The notes under the pieces were generated by a model. The model saw only the letters and a list, made by a program, of their open reading frames with translations. It did no database searches and was not told the origin of the DNA. From contig CAZMSN010000005.1 of assembly GCA_964569015.1 (NCBI GenBank), positions 2,846 to 66,845 on the forward strand: 64,000 bases of DNA, in the 5' to 3' direction. Each line of letters begins with the position of its first letter. The stretch's first letter is position 1. The translations under genes and the position numbers were made by a program. Source of the stretch: an uncultured Acidimicrobiaceae bacterium (GTDB lineage: Bacteria > Actinomycetota > Acidimicrobiia > Spongiisociales > UBA5794). This document shows, in pieces, positions 8,755-17,379 of the stretch.

Positions 8755-9387
8755 ATGGACCCCAAGCAGCTCACCGGTCGCCAGCAGCAGATCCTGGACT
8801 TCATCCTCGAGACGGTGCGAGACCGGGGCTACCCACCGGCAGTGCGCGAGATCGGCGCCGCCGTCGGGCTCAGCTCGCCATCGACCGTACACAGCCACCT
8901 GTCGGCGCTGGTCAAGGCCGGCTGCATCCGGCGCGATCCCTCCAAGCCCCGCGCGATCGAGGTGCTCAACACCGGCGAGGATCTCCGCTCTTTGCACCGC
9001 GCTCCCGTGCGCGACGTCCCCCTGGTGGGCCGCATCGCGGCCGGATCGCCCATCCTCGCCGAGGAGGACATCGACGAGATCTTCCCCCTTCCCGTCGAGT
9101 TGGTGGGCAACGACCCTGCCTTCATGCTGAGGGTGCGCGGCGAGTCGATGATCGACATCGGCATCTTCGACAACGACTACGTCATCGTGCGCCGCCAACC
9201 CGATGCCCGAGACGGCCAGATCGTCGCCGCTCTGGTCAACGGCGAGGAGGCGACCATCAAACGTTTGCAGCGCATCGACGGCCGGGTGGTCCTCAAGGCT
9301 GAGAATCCGGCGTTCCCGCCCATGGTGTTCTCCGAGGGCGTCGAGATCCTCGGTGTCGTGGTGGCAGTCATGCGCCGTGTCATGTGA
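8755..9387 (+). CDS. lexA: LexA repressor
   Basis: Winged-HTH N-terminus, Ala-Gly cleavage site (RIAAGSPI) and S24 peptidase Ser/Lys motifs (GESM...KRL). ATG is preceded by GAAAGG. Confidence 0.9.
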   Translation: MDPKQLTGRQQQILDFILETVRDRGYPPAVREIGAAVGLSSPSTVHSHLSALVKAGCIRRDPSKPRAIEVLNTGEDLRSLHRAPVRDVPLVGRIAAGSPILAEEDIDEIFPLPVELVGNDPAFMLRVRGESMIDIGIFDNDYVIVRRQPDARDGQIVAALVNGEEATIKRLQRIDGRVVLKAENPAFPPMVFSEGVEILGVVVAVMRRVM

Positions 9388-9393
9388 CACGGC
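9374..9393. terminator. Perfect palindrome gccgtgtca-tg-tgacacggc spanning the lexA stop codon; candidate bidirectional terminator between lexA and dapF
   Basis: 9-bp arms with a 2-nt centre. Sits between convergent genes. Confidence 0.3.
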
Positions 9394-9407
9394 GTGTCGC
9401 ATGAGCC

Positions 9408-10166
9408 TCAGTCGACGGATCCGCCGAAAACGAGGTTCGCCGGCCCTTCGATCCAGGCCGTCCCGTCCTCCATCTCGACCATCATCGTCCCGCCCGGGAG
9501 ATCGACCGCCACTCGCGCATCGGTGAGACCCTGCCGGCTCGCCAGGAAGGCGGTCGCGGCGGCTCCGGTGCCGCAGGCCAGCGTCTCGCCCACTCCTCGC
9601 TCCCACACGCGCAACTCGATGCGGTCCCTTCCCCGCACCGCAGCGAATTCCACATTGGTGCCTGCCGGGAAGATGGGATCGGTCTCGATCTGCGGACCCA
9701 GAGTCGTCACCGGTGCCAACGCCGGATCGTCCACGAACACGATCGCGTGCGGGTTGCCCATGCCCACCGGATGCACCTCGACACCTGCCACCCGCAGCGA
9801 CGCCAACCGATACTCCTGCGGAACGCCGAGCATCGCCCGCACAGTGCCGTCCGGCCTCACCTGTGCCGGTCGCTCCCCCACGGCCGACTCGATGATCAGA
9901 TTCGGGCCCTCCACCCAGCCGCGCATCACCGCCAGCCGGGCAACACAGCGCAGCCCGTTTCCGCACATCTCGGCACTGCGCCCATCGGCGTTCCAATAGC
10001 GCATCCGTACCCGGTCCGAGCCGAGCGGGGTCACCTCGAGCACCCCGTCCGCCCCGACCCCGCGCTTGCGCTCGCACCAGCGCACGATGTCCGCCGCCGC
10101 CATCGTGACCGGGCCTTCGACCACGATGAAATCGTTGCCGAGACCCTCCATCTTCACGAAATCCAT
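9408..10166 (-). CDS. dapF: Diaminopimelate epimerase
   Basis: NDF motif (GLGNDFIVVE) and catalytic Cys motifs (CGNGLRC, ACGTGAAA). ATG 10166 is preceded by GGAGG. Confidence 0.85.
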   Translation of the reverse strand: MDFVKMEGLGNDFIVVEGPVTMAAADIVRWCERKRGVGADGVLEVTPLGSDRVRMRYWNADGRSAEMCGNGLRCVARLAVMRGWVEGPNLIIESAVGERPAQVRPDGTVRAMLGVPQEYRLASLRVAGVEVHPVGMGNPHAIVFVDDPALAPVTTLGPQIETDPIFPAGTNVEFAAVRGRDRIELRVWERGVGETLACGTGAAATAFLASRQGLTDARVAVDLPGGTMMVEMEDGTAWIEGPANLVFGGSVD

Positions 10167-11074
10167 CCGCCGGCCTCCTGCACTGCTGCGATGGCTCGAT
10201 CGATACGCTCCGAGGCATCATGGTGCCACGGAATCCATCGAATGCGCGGATCCCTCCCGAAGAACGTACGCTGGCGCTTCGCCAGCGCCAGAGTCGCCCG
10301 GACCGCCTCGTCCCTGGCTCCAGCGAGGTCGACCCGTCTCTCGACGACCGGCAGCAGCTCCTTGTACCCAACCGCCTGGCGGGCGGTTCGGCCCAGGCGC
10401 GGCGCAAGCCGCCGCACCTCGTCGAGCAAGCCGTCGTCGAGCATCTTGTCGAAACGGGCCGCCACCCGGTTCGCCAGCTCGTCGCCCGGGTCGAAGCCCA
10501 GCGCCACCAATGGCACCGACGGCAGGTAACGCCGCACCGCCTCCGCAACCGGTGACGCCGCCCGGTCGCTCGGAGTGAGGCCTGTGAGCCGCTCGATCTC
10601 GAGGGCCCGCAGCACCCGTCGCGGGTTCGCCAGGTCCACGTGGTTCCCTGCTGCGGGATCGAGCGCTTGCAGCTCAGCGAGATGCTCGGCAGCGCTCCCT
10701 TGCTCCAGCTCTGCCCGGATCGCAGCGTCGGTCGGCGGGAAGTCGAGCGGATCCACCAGCGAGCGGAAGTGCAGTCCCGAGCCACCGCACATCACCGGTG
10801 TGATCCCCTCCTCCCGAAGCCGATCGCGGATCATCACCCCGACCTCCTGGAATTCGGCGACGGCGAACTCCTCCTCCGGCTCCACGAGGTCGATGAGGTG
10901 GTGCTCCACCGTGGCCCGGATCTCCGGAGTCGGCTTTGCGGTGCCGATGTTCATGTCCCGGTACACCTGCATGGAGTCCACCGACAGCACCTCGCCGCCG
11001 AGCCGGGAGGCGAGCCCGACGCCGACCTCGGATTTGCCCGAGGCAGTGGGACCGACGATTGCGACGACGCTCAG
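10154..11074 (-). CDS. miaA: tRNA dimethylallyltransferase; start codon uncertain
   Basis: The P-loop (GPTASGKS) is encoded in frame upstream of the first ATG/GTG/TTG at 10990. The only start-like codon is CTG at 11072-11074, overlapping the miaB stop. Confidence 0.7.
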   Translation of the reverse strand: MSVVAIVGPTASGKSEVGVGLASRLGGEVLSVDSMQVYRDMNIGTAKPTPEIRATVEHHLIDLVEPEEEFAVAEFQEVGVMIRDRLREEGITPVMCGGSGLHFRSLVDPLDFPPTDAAIRAELEQGSAAEHLAELQALDPAAGNHVDLANPRRVLRALEIERLTGLTPSDRAASPVAEAVRRYLPSVPLVALGFDPGDELANRVAARFDKMLDDGLLDEVRRLAPRLGRTARQAVGYKELLPVVERRVDLAGARDEAVRATLALAKRQRTFFGRDPRIRWIPWHHDASERIDRAIAAVQEAGGWIS

Positions 11075-12459
11075 AACGCGAGCCTCCCCATGAGGTGATG
11101 CGGGGCAGCCCGCTCGATCTGCACCGTGAGGAACGTTCCCGCCGCGTGATCCCCCGGCAGGTGGACCGGCTTGTTGCCCCGAGTCCGAGCCGTCACCATC
11201 TCGGGATCCTTCCGCGACGCGCCTTCGACCAGGACCTCGTAGCGTCGACCCACCATCTCCTCGTTCTTCTCCAGTGAGATCCGATTCTGAAGCGTCACCA
11301 GACGATCGAATCTCTCCTGGACAACGGGCGGCGCCACCTGATCACCCATCTCGGCCGCCGGAGTGCCCGCGCGCGGCGAGAACTGGAACGTGTACGCCTG
11401 ATCGAAGCGAGCCTGCCGCACCACCTCGAGCGTGGCGGTGAAGTCCTCTTCGGTCTCGCCGGGAAAGCCCACGATCACGTCCGTCGACACCGAGAGACCG
11501 GGGATGAGGCTATGGGCCATCTCGAGCTTCTCGAGGAAGCGATCGGCACGGTAGCCGCGGTGCATCGCCGCCAAGATCCGGTCACTCCCCGATTGGAGGG
11601 GAAGGTGAAGCTGCTCGCACACGGCTTCCGTGGACGCCATTGCCTCGGCCACCTCCGGCCCAAAGTCCTTCGGATGGGGGCTCGTGAAGCGCACCCGCCG
11701 CACCCCGTCGACCTCGCCCACCCGTCGCAGCAGATCGGCGAACAGCGGCTTGCGTCCGCCGAGGTCGAGATCACGACCATACGAGTTGACGTTCTGGCCC
11801 AGCAGCATCACCTCGACCACGCCATCCGCCGCCAGATCCTCGATCTCGCGCATGATCTCGTCGGGCCGCCGGCTCATCTCTCGGCCTCTCACCGAGGGAA
11901 CGATGCAGAACGTGCATGAGTTGTCGCACCCGATGGTGATCGTCACCCACGCCGAGTGATGGGTCGCCCGCCTGGTCGGCAGGGAGGAAGGGAACTCCTC
12001 AATGGAGACGGCCTCGTCCCAGATCTCCGTGACCGGCCCCCGCTCCTCGGCGTGATCGAGGAGATCCAGCACCCGGTGGAGGTTGTGGGTTCCCAAGACG
12101 ACGTCGACCCATCCGGCACGCTGCCTGATCACTTCCCGGTCCTTCTGGGCCGTGCAGCCGCCGACGATGATCCGGAGGTCGGGACAACGATCCTTGACGG
12201 CCTTGAGAGCACCCAAATAGCCGTACAGCCGGTTGTCGGCGTTCTCACGGACCGTGCACGTGTTGACAACGATGACGTCGGCTTCGTCGACTCCCGTCGC
12301 CGCCGCCATGCCGTCCGCCTCGAGCATCCCCGCGATCCGTTCCGAATCGTGCTCGTTCATCTGGCACCCGAAGGTGCGCACGAAGTAGCGGCGACCATGC
12401 CGCGTTGGCGGCCGACCATGCCACGTCGCCAAGGAGTCCGGAAGAGCGATCCGGGACAT
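11071..12459 (-). CDS. miaB: tRNA-2-methylthio-N6-dimethylallyladenosine synthase (radical SAM methylthiotransferase)
   Basis: MTTase N-terminus (FGCQMNEHDSE), radical-SAM CxxxCxxC (CDNSCTFC) and a TRAM domain. ATG 12459 is preceded by GAGGA. The upstream part of the track ORF is an artefact. Confidence 0.85.
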   Translation of the reverse strand: MSRIALPDSLATWHGRPPTRHGRRYFVRTFGCQMNEHDSERIAGMLEADGMAAATGVDEADVIVVNTCTVRENADNRLYGYLGALKAVKDRCPDLRIIVGGCTAQKDREVIRQRAGWVDVVLGTHNLHRVLDLLDHAEERGPVTEIWDEAVSIEEFPSSLPTRRATHHSAWVTITIGCDNSCTFCIVPSVRGREMSRRPDEIMREIEDLAADGVVEVMLLGQNVNSYGRDLDLGGRKPLFADLLRRVGEVDGVRRVRFTSPHPKDFGPEVAEAMASTEAVCEQLHLPLQSGSDRILAAMHRGYRADRFLEKLEMAHSLIPGLSVSTDVIVGFPGETEEDFTATLEVVRQARFDQAYTFQFSPRAGTPAAEMGDQVAPPVVQERFDRLVTLQNRISLEKNEEMVGRRYEVLVEGASRKDPEMVTARTRGNKPVHLPGDHAAGTFLTVQIERAAPHHLMGRLAF

Positions 12460-12479
12460 GTGGCCATCCTCGCTCAGGG

Positions 12480-14012
12480 TCAATGGGCGAAATCGATCGA
12501 TCGGAACTCGCGGATCACGGTCACCTCGATCTGGCCCGGATACTGAAGCTCCTCCTCCAGCCGCCGGGCGATGGCGCGGGCCAGTGCCGCCGCTCCCAGG
12601 TCGTCGACCTGGGAGGGACTGACCACGACCCGGATCTCGCGGCCGGCCTGCATGGCGAAGACCCGCTCGACCCCGGCGAAGGAGGCCGCGATCTCTTCGA
12701 GTTGCTCCAGCCGCCGCACATATGATTCCAGCGCCTCTCGCCGTGCCCCCGGCCTGGCCGCCGACACCGCGTCCGCCGCCTGCACCAGAACCGCGGTCAG
12801 GGTACGGGGCTCGACCTCGTTGTGATGGGCCTCGATGGCGTGCACGATGGCGGGATCCTCCCCGAAGCGGCGGGCGATCTCGGCACCGATGAGGGCGTGG
12901 GAGCCGCCGACTTCGTGGCTGACTGCCTTGCCGATGTCGTGCAAGAAGGCGGCACGCCGCGCCTCGGCGGCGTCGACCCCGAGCTCGGAAGCCAGCATGC
13001 CGGCGATATGCGCCGTCTCGATGAGGTGGTTCAGCACGTTCTGGCCGTATGAGGTCCGGTAATTGAGGCGCCCCAGCAGCGTGACCAGCTCGGCGTGCAT
13101 CCGGGTGACACCCACCTCGAGCAGTGCCCATTCCCCGGCATCTCGAATGCTCTGCTCGACCTCGGCCTTCGCCTTCTCGTACGCCTCCTCGATCGAGGCC
13201 GGGTGGATACGCCCGTCCTCGACGAGGCGTTCGAGAGTCAGCCGGGCGGTCTCCCTTCGCACCGGATCGAACGTCGACACCGAAACCGCCTCAGGGGTGT
13301 CGTCGACGATGAGGTTGACGCCGGTGACGGCCTCGAACGTGCGAATGTTGCGCCCGTCCCGACCGATGATGCGACCCTTCATGTCGTCCGACGGCAACGG
13401 CACGACCGAGACGGTGGTTTCGGAAACGACCTCGGAGGCGAGCCGCTGCACCGCCGTCGCCAGGATGCGGCGCGCCCGCCGATCGGCTTCCTCGCGCGCC
13501 TTGACCTCGAGATCCCGCACCAGGACCATCGCCTCGCGGCGGGTGTCGTCCTCCACCTTGCGAAGCAGCTCCTCCTTGGCTGCACGCGAGTCGAAGCCCG
13601 CCGTTTGCTCGAGATTGGCGCGTGCTTCCTCGCGGAGAGCCTCGACTTCGCTCTTGGCAGTGCCGATGTCGCGATCCTTCTCTATCAGCATCTCCTCGCG
13701 ATGCGCCAGATTGGCGGCACGCTGCTCCAAGGTGGCTTCGCGCTGCGCCAAGCGCTCCTCGAGCGCCGACGTTTCGAGGTGGCGATGCTCCAACGCAGCT
13801 TCCTCGCGCTCGCGGTAGCTCTCAGCCAACGCTCGGGCGTCCGCTTCGGCCCGCGAGAGGATGCGCTGGGCATCGATGCGCGCATCACGCAGCGCGGCTT
13901 CAGCACTCGCAGCAGCCTTCGCGATCTGTCGTCTCTGGAAACCCCGGCCCGCGACGAAGGCCAGGACGGCAACCGGACCCATCGCGATGCTCAGAACGAC
14001 CCAACCCTGCAT
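12480..14012 (-). CDS. rny: Ribonuclease Y
   Basis: N-terminal TM helix, coiled coil, KH domain (GRIIGRDGRNIR) and HD domain (HDIGKA). ATG at 14012. Confidence 0.85.
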   Translation of the reverse strand: MQGWVVLSIAMGPVAVLAFVAGRGFQRRQIAKAAASAEAALRDARIDAQRILSRAEADARALAESYREREEAALEHRHLETSALEERLAQREATLEQRAANLAHREEMLIEKDRDIGTAKSEVEALREEARANLEQTAGFDSRAAKEELLRKVEDDTRREAMVLVRDLEVKAREEADRRARRILATAVQRLASEVVSETTVSVVPLPSDDMKGRIIGRDGRNIRTFEAVTGVNLIVDDTPEAVSVSTFDPVRRETARLTLERLVEDGRIHPASIEEAYEKAKAEVEQSIRDAGEWALLEVGVTRMHAELVTLLGRLNYRTSYGQNVLNHLIETAHIAGMLASELGVDAAEARRAAFLHDIGKAVSHEVGGSHALIGAEIARRFGEDPAIVHAIEAHHNEVEPRTLTAVLVQAADAVSAARPGARREALESYVRRLEQLEEIAASFAGVERVFAMQAGREIRVVVSPSQVDDLGAAALARAIARRLEEELQYPGQIEVTVIREFRSIDFAH

Positions 14013-14043
14013 GTCGGTCCCCGTTCCCGGAACCCGAGAAACG

Positions 14044-14071
14044 GTGTGCCGAGCCACAAGGCTCGGCACAC
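14044..14071. terminator. 12-bp perfect stem/4-nt loop hairpin between recA stop and rny start (putative recA terminator or attenuator)
   Basis: gtgtgccgagcc-acaa-ggctcggcacac. On the minus-strand transcript the stem is followed by CGUUUCU. Confidence 0.35.
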
Positions 14072-14333
14072 ACACTCGGCCGGACAATCACGACGTCGGA
14101 CAGCGGTCAGCCGTCTCCTCGACCTACCCCTCGGTCAACGCTTCCAACCACGATCGTCCTCTTCGGTTCCGATGTTTGTTGTTTGGTGTCGAATATGTGT
14201 AGTCCTGATGCTACTCCACCCATCATGCGACCGGAACCGCAATAATCGCGCCCCGAGTGGCTGGACGGCCGCTCTTCGCGCACCGACGTTCGATGTGACA
14301 CTTCTCCGGGGCCGGACATCACGAGAAGCGGCC

Positions 14334-15368
14334 TCAGGCCTCGCTCTCCTCTCCGTCGCTCTTCGCCCCTTCGTTCTGCAGTGCCTCATCGGGTAACTCC
14401 TCGTCCTCAGCGATCAGGCCTACCGCCCGATACACCCGATCCTGGAGCTGCACCACCAGCTCCGGGTTGTCACGGAGGAAATCCTTGGCGTTCTCCCGAC
14501 CTTGTCCGAGTTGGTCACCGTCGAAGGTGTACCACGCCCCGGCCTTGCGGACGATGTTGTGCTCGACAGCCACATCGATCAGGCTGCCCTCCCGAGAGAT
14601 GCCCTGGCCGAACATGATGTCGAACTCCGCCAGCCGGAACGGTGGAGCCACCTTGTTCTTCACGATCTTGGCCCGCACCCGATTGCCCACGTTCTCGGTG
14701 CCCTGCTTGATCGCCTCGATCCGGCGGATGTCAATCCGCACGCTGGCATAGAACTTCAGGGCCCGGCCGCCCGGCGTCGTCTCCGGCGAGCCGAACATCA
14801 CGCCGACCTTCTCTCGCAACTGATTGATAAAGACCGCGGTCGTGTCCGAGCGGTTGATCGTGCCGGCCAGCTTGCGAAGCGCCTGCGACATGAGCCGCGC
14901 CTGGAGACCCACGTGGATGTCACCCATGTCTCCCTCGAGCTCGGCCCTCGGAACCAGGGCGGCCACCGAGTCGATCACGACCACGTCGAGCGCACCAGAG
15001 CGGATCAGCATGTCGGTGATCTCCAGCGCCTGCTCCCCGGTGTCGGGCTGCGAGATCAACAGCTCGTCGACGTCGACGCCGAGCGCCTTGGCATAGACCG
15101 GGTCGAGGGCGTGCTCGGCGTCGATGAACGCCGCCACCCCGCCGTTGCGCTGCGCCTCGGCGATCACGTGGAGCGCCAGGGAGGTCTTGCCGCTGCTCTC
15201 GGGGCCGAAGATCTCCACGATCCGGCCCCGGGGGACGCCGCCGATGCCCAACGCCAGGTCGAGAGAGAGGGCGCCGGTCGGGATGGCCCGCACGTTCCTC
15301 ACCCCGCTGTCGCTCAGCTTCATGATGGCGCCCTTGCCGAACTGCCGCTCGATCTGCGACATCGCCAT
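14334..15368 (-). CDS. recA: Recombinase RecA
   Basis: Walker A (GPESSGKT), L1/L2 loops and high overall similarity. Start chosen at ATG 15368 ([13 protein letters not shown]). The track ORF begins at an upstream TTG at 15428. No intein is present. Confidence 0.9.
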   Translation of the reverse strand: MAMSQIERQFGKGAIMKLSDSGVRNVRAIPTGALSLDLALGIGGVPRGRIVEIFGPESSGKTSLALHVIAEAQRNGGVAAFIDAEHALDPVYAKALGVDVDELLISQPDTGEQALEITDMLIRSGALDVVVIDSVAALVPRAELEGDMGDIHVGLQARLMSQALRKLAGTINRSDTTAVFINQLREKVGVMFGSPETTPGGRALKFYASVRIDIRRIEAIKQGTENVGNRVRAKIVKNKVAPPFRLAEFDIMFGQGISREGSLIDVAVEHNIVRKAGAWYTFDGDQLGQGRENAKDFLRDNPELVVQLQDRVYRAVGLIAEDEELPDEALQNEGAKSDGEESEA

Positions 15369-15427
15369 CTCGAGGTTCTTGTCGTCCTGTCCCACTGCGG
15401 CTCCCTTCCAATGCTTTGTCGATGGCA

Positions 15428-15449
15428 AACGTAACGGATACCTGTGACA
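15428..15449 (-). promoter_or_regulatory. Candidate PafBC-type (RecA-NDp-like) promoter: TGTCACAG-N8-TACGTT
   Basis: Minus-strand reading TGTCACAGgtatccgtTACGTT matches TGTCRGTG-N8-TANNNT with two mismatches in the upstream element. It lies about 55 nt upstream of the recA ATG. Confidence 0.3.
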
Positions 15450-15496
15450 GAACTACAGCCATGTAATCGTAGTGCCGAGTTCCCCCACACTCTAGG

Positions 15497-15510
15497 CGAA
15501 CATGTGTTCG
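15497..15510. promoter_or_regulatory. LexA (SOS) box CGAACATGTGTTCG upstream of recA
   Basis: Perfect Cheo-box palindrome in the thpR-recA intergenic region. Confidence 0.75.
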
Positions 15511-15541
15511 GAGTCGAGCACCCTCGCTGCCGGCTGCGGCC

Positions 15542-16066
15542 TCACAGCTCGACCCGGTCAATCACCTCGTATGTCGCCCCTCCCGGCTCCAGCCGGCTCC
15601 GGAACAGCGTGATCGCGTCGACCATCATGGCGACGTCGAATCTGGGAAACCGCTCCACCAGAGCGGTGACATCCTCCGGCGGCCGGATCCTGCTCAGCGT
15701 CAGATGGGAATGGAAGGGCCGGTCCTCAGGCGAGAAGCCCGCCGCGGCAACAGCCTGCTCGGCGGCGGCGGCGAGCAGGCTCAAGCCCTCGACACCGGCC
15801 GCCACCCCCAGCCACAGCACCGTGGCCCTCCGCTGCTTCGGGAACGCACCCAATCCGGCGAAACGGATCCGGAAGGGCTCTCCCAAGTCGCTCTCGTCGA
15901 GCCAGCGCAGGATCCCGTCGCGCTGCACGCCGGTCGTCCAGCCGAGGAAGCGCAAGGTGAGATGCCAGTTCTCCGGCGGCACCCGGCGACCTGGCAGCGC
16001 GGCTCCATCGAGGAAGCTCGCCAGTAACCGCCGCACCTCCTCGCCGAGAGCTACCGCCAGGAACAT
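15542..16066 (-). CDS. thpR: RNA 2',3'-cyclic phosphodiesterase (2H family, ThpR/LigT)
   Basis: Two H-x-T/S-x motifs (HLTLRFLG, HSHLTLSRI). ATG 16066 gives the LigT-like N-terminus MFLAVALGEE. An alternative GTG at 16090 overlaps the cinA stop. Confidence 0.75.
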   Translation of the reverse strand: MFLAVALGEEVRRLLASFLDGAALPGRRVPPENWHLTLRFLGWTTGVQRDGILRWLDESDLGEPFRIRFAGLGAFPKQRRATVLWLGVAAGVEGLSLLAAAAEQAVAAAGFSPEDRPFHSHLTLSRIRPPEDVTALVERFPRFDVAMMVDAITLFRSRLEPGGATYEVIDRVEL

Positions 16067-16086
16067 GCGCTCGCGGGACGGGTCGC

Positions 16087-17379
16087 TCACCGGCCGCTCG
16101 GTTCACGACGATCCCAATGGGTGTGGTCGGCGCTCCCCCACCACGCCCCGGCAAGGGCCAACCGCGCCAGGTGCAGCGCCGCCGTCGTCGTGTACGCCCG
16201 CACCCGCTCCCGATCACCCGGAACCTGCAGCGATCGCGCCCGCGTTCCCTCCGGCGTGTGCACCGCGACAACCATGCTGCCCACCGGCTGTTCCTGCGGA
16301 TCGGGCCCCGCCGAGCCGGTGGTGGCGATCGCCACGTCGGCGCCCAGCAGGGCGGCCACTCCCTCCGCCATGGCACACGCCGTTGCCTCGCTGACGACGC
16401 CTTCCGTGTCGATGATCGCTCGCGGCACTCCCAGCACGCCGGTCTTGACATCCTCCTGATAGGCAACGATCGATCCCCGAAAGACCTTCGACGCGCCCGG
16501 CACCGAGGTGAGGCGGGCCGCCACCATCCCCGCGGTGGCCGATTCGGCCGTGGCGAGCTTCCAGCCATGCGCCTCCACGAGCTCGAGCACCACCCGCTCG
16601 ATCGTGTCCTCGTCGATCCCGAACACCTGCGTCCCGAGACGGCGCCGCACCTCGGCCTCGACCGGAGCGATGAGCCCGAGCGCCTCCTCCTCGGTCGCCG
16701 CCTTGGCGGTGAGCCGTACCTTGATCTCGCCGGACGAGGCGAGGAATGCCACCGTCGGGTTGACCGAGGTCTCGTACAGGTCATCGAGGATCTCTGCGAT
16801 GAGCGACTCCGACTCTCCCCAGGTCCGGATCAGTCGACTCACCACTACTGCCTCCCCACTGCCGCTCTCACGGCGCAGGAACGGCACGATGTCGTTGTCG
16901 AGCATCGGCAGCATCTCGGCCGGAACGCCGGGAACGGCGAACACCCACGCCCCCTCGATGCACATGCGCAGCCCGGGAGCCGTGCCCTTGGTGTTGGCGA
17001 TCAGCTCGGCGCCCTCCGGATACTGGGCCTGGCGCAGATTCGACTCGGGCATCTCGCGACCGCGCTCCGCCCAGCGACGGCGCAGCGTATCGGCCTGCTC
17101 CTCACTGAAGTCCATCTCTGCCCCGGCGGCGGCACAGATCGCCTCTCGTGTCACATCGTCCTGGGTCGGCCCGATGCCACCGGTGATGATCAAGGCGTCT
17201 GCTCGCCCGATTGCCAGGCGCACAGCTTCGGCGATGCGTTCCACGTTGTCGCCGACGACCGCCTGGTGGTAGTGATCGAATCCCGCCTCGGCGAGGCGGG
17301 CCCCGATCGTGGCGGCGTTGGTGTTGACGATCTGGCCCAGCAACAACTCCGTACCGACCGCGAGCACTTCGACGATCAT
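16087..17379 (-). CDS. cinA: Competence/damage-inducible protein CinA (MoCF-binding domain plus nicotinamide-nucleotide amidohydrolase)
   Basis: MIVEVLAVGTELLLGQIVNTN N-terminus and C-terminal CinA/PncC domain. ATG 17379 overlaps the rimO stop (ATGA). Confidence 0.85.
   Translation of the reverse strand: MIVEVLAVGTELLLGQIVNTNAATIGARLAEAGFDHYHQAVVGDNVERIAEAVRLAIGRADALIITGGIGPTQDDVTREAICAAAGAEMDFSEEQADTLRRRWAERGREMPESNLRQAQYPEGAELIANTKGTAPGLRMCIEGAWVFAVPGVPAEMLPMLDNDIVPFLRRESGSGEAVVVSRLIRTWGESESLIAEILDDLYETSVNPTVAFLASSGEIKVRLTAKAATEEEALGLIAPVEAEVRRRLGTQVFGIDEDTIERVVLELVEAHGWKLATAESATAGMVAARLTSVPGASKVFRGSIVAYQEDVKTGVLGVPRAIIDTEGVVSEATACAMAEGVAALLGADVAIATTGSAGPDPQEQPVGSMVVAVHTPEGTRARSLQVPGDRERVRAYTTTAALHLARLALAGAWWGSADHTHWDRREPSGR

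Noticed and set aside
8719-10785. 688-aa minus-strand ORF overlapping lexA, dapF and miaA in other frames
   Set aside because: Arg/Gly/Pro-rich low-complexity translation typical of open antisense frames in high-GC DNA; no domain. The recognisable genes occupy the same DNA in other frames.
11129-11138. ggaacgttcc palindrome resembling a LexA half-site pair
   Set aside because: Wrong spacing for a Cheo box (no N4 core) and it lies inside coding sequence at the miaB/miaA junction.
12460-13131. N-terminal 224-aa extension of the miaB track ORF
   Set aside because: The extension overlaps rny in another frame and has no MTTase similarity; the genuine miaB start (ATG 12459 with GAGGA) follows the rny stop.
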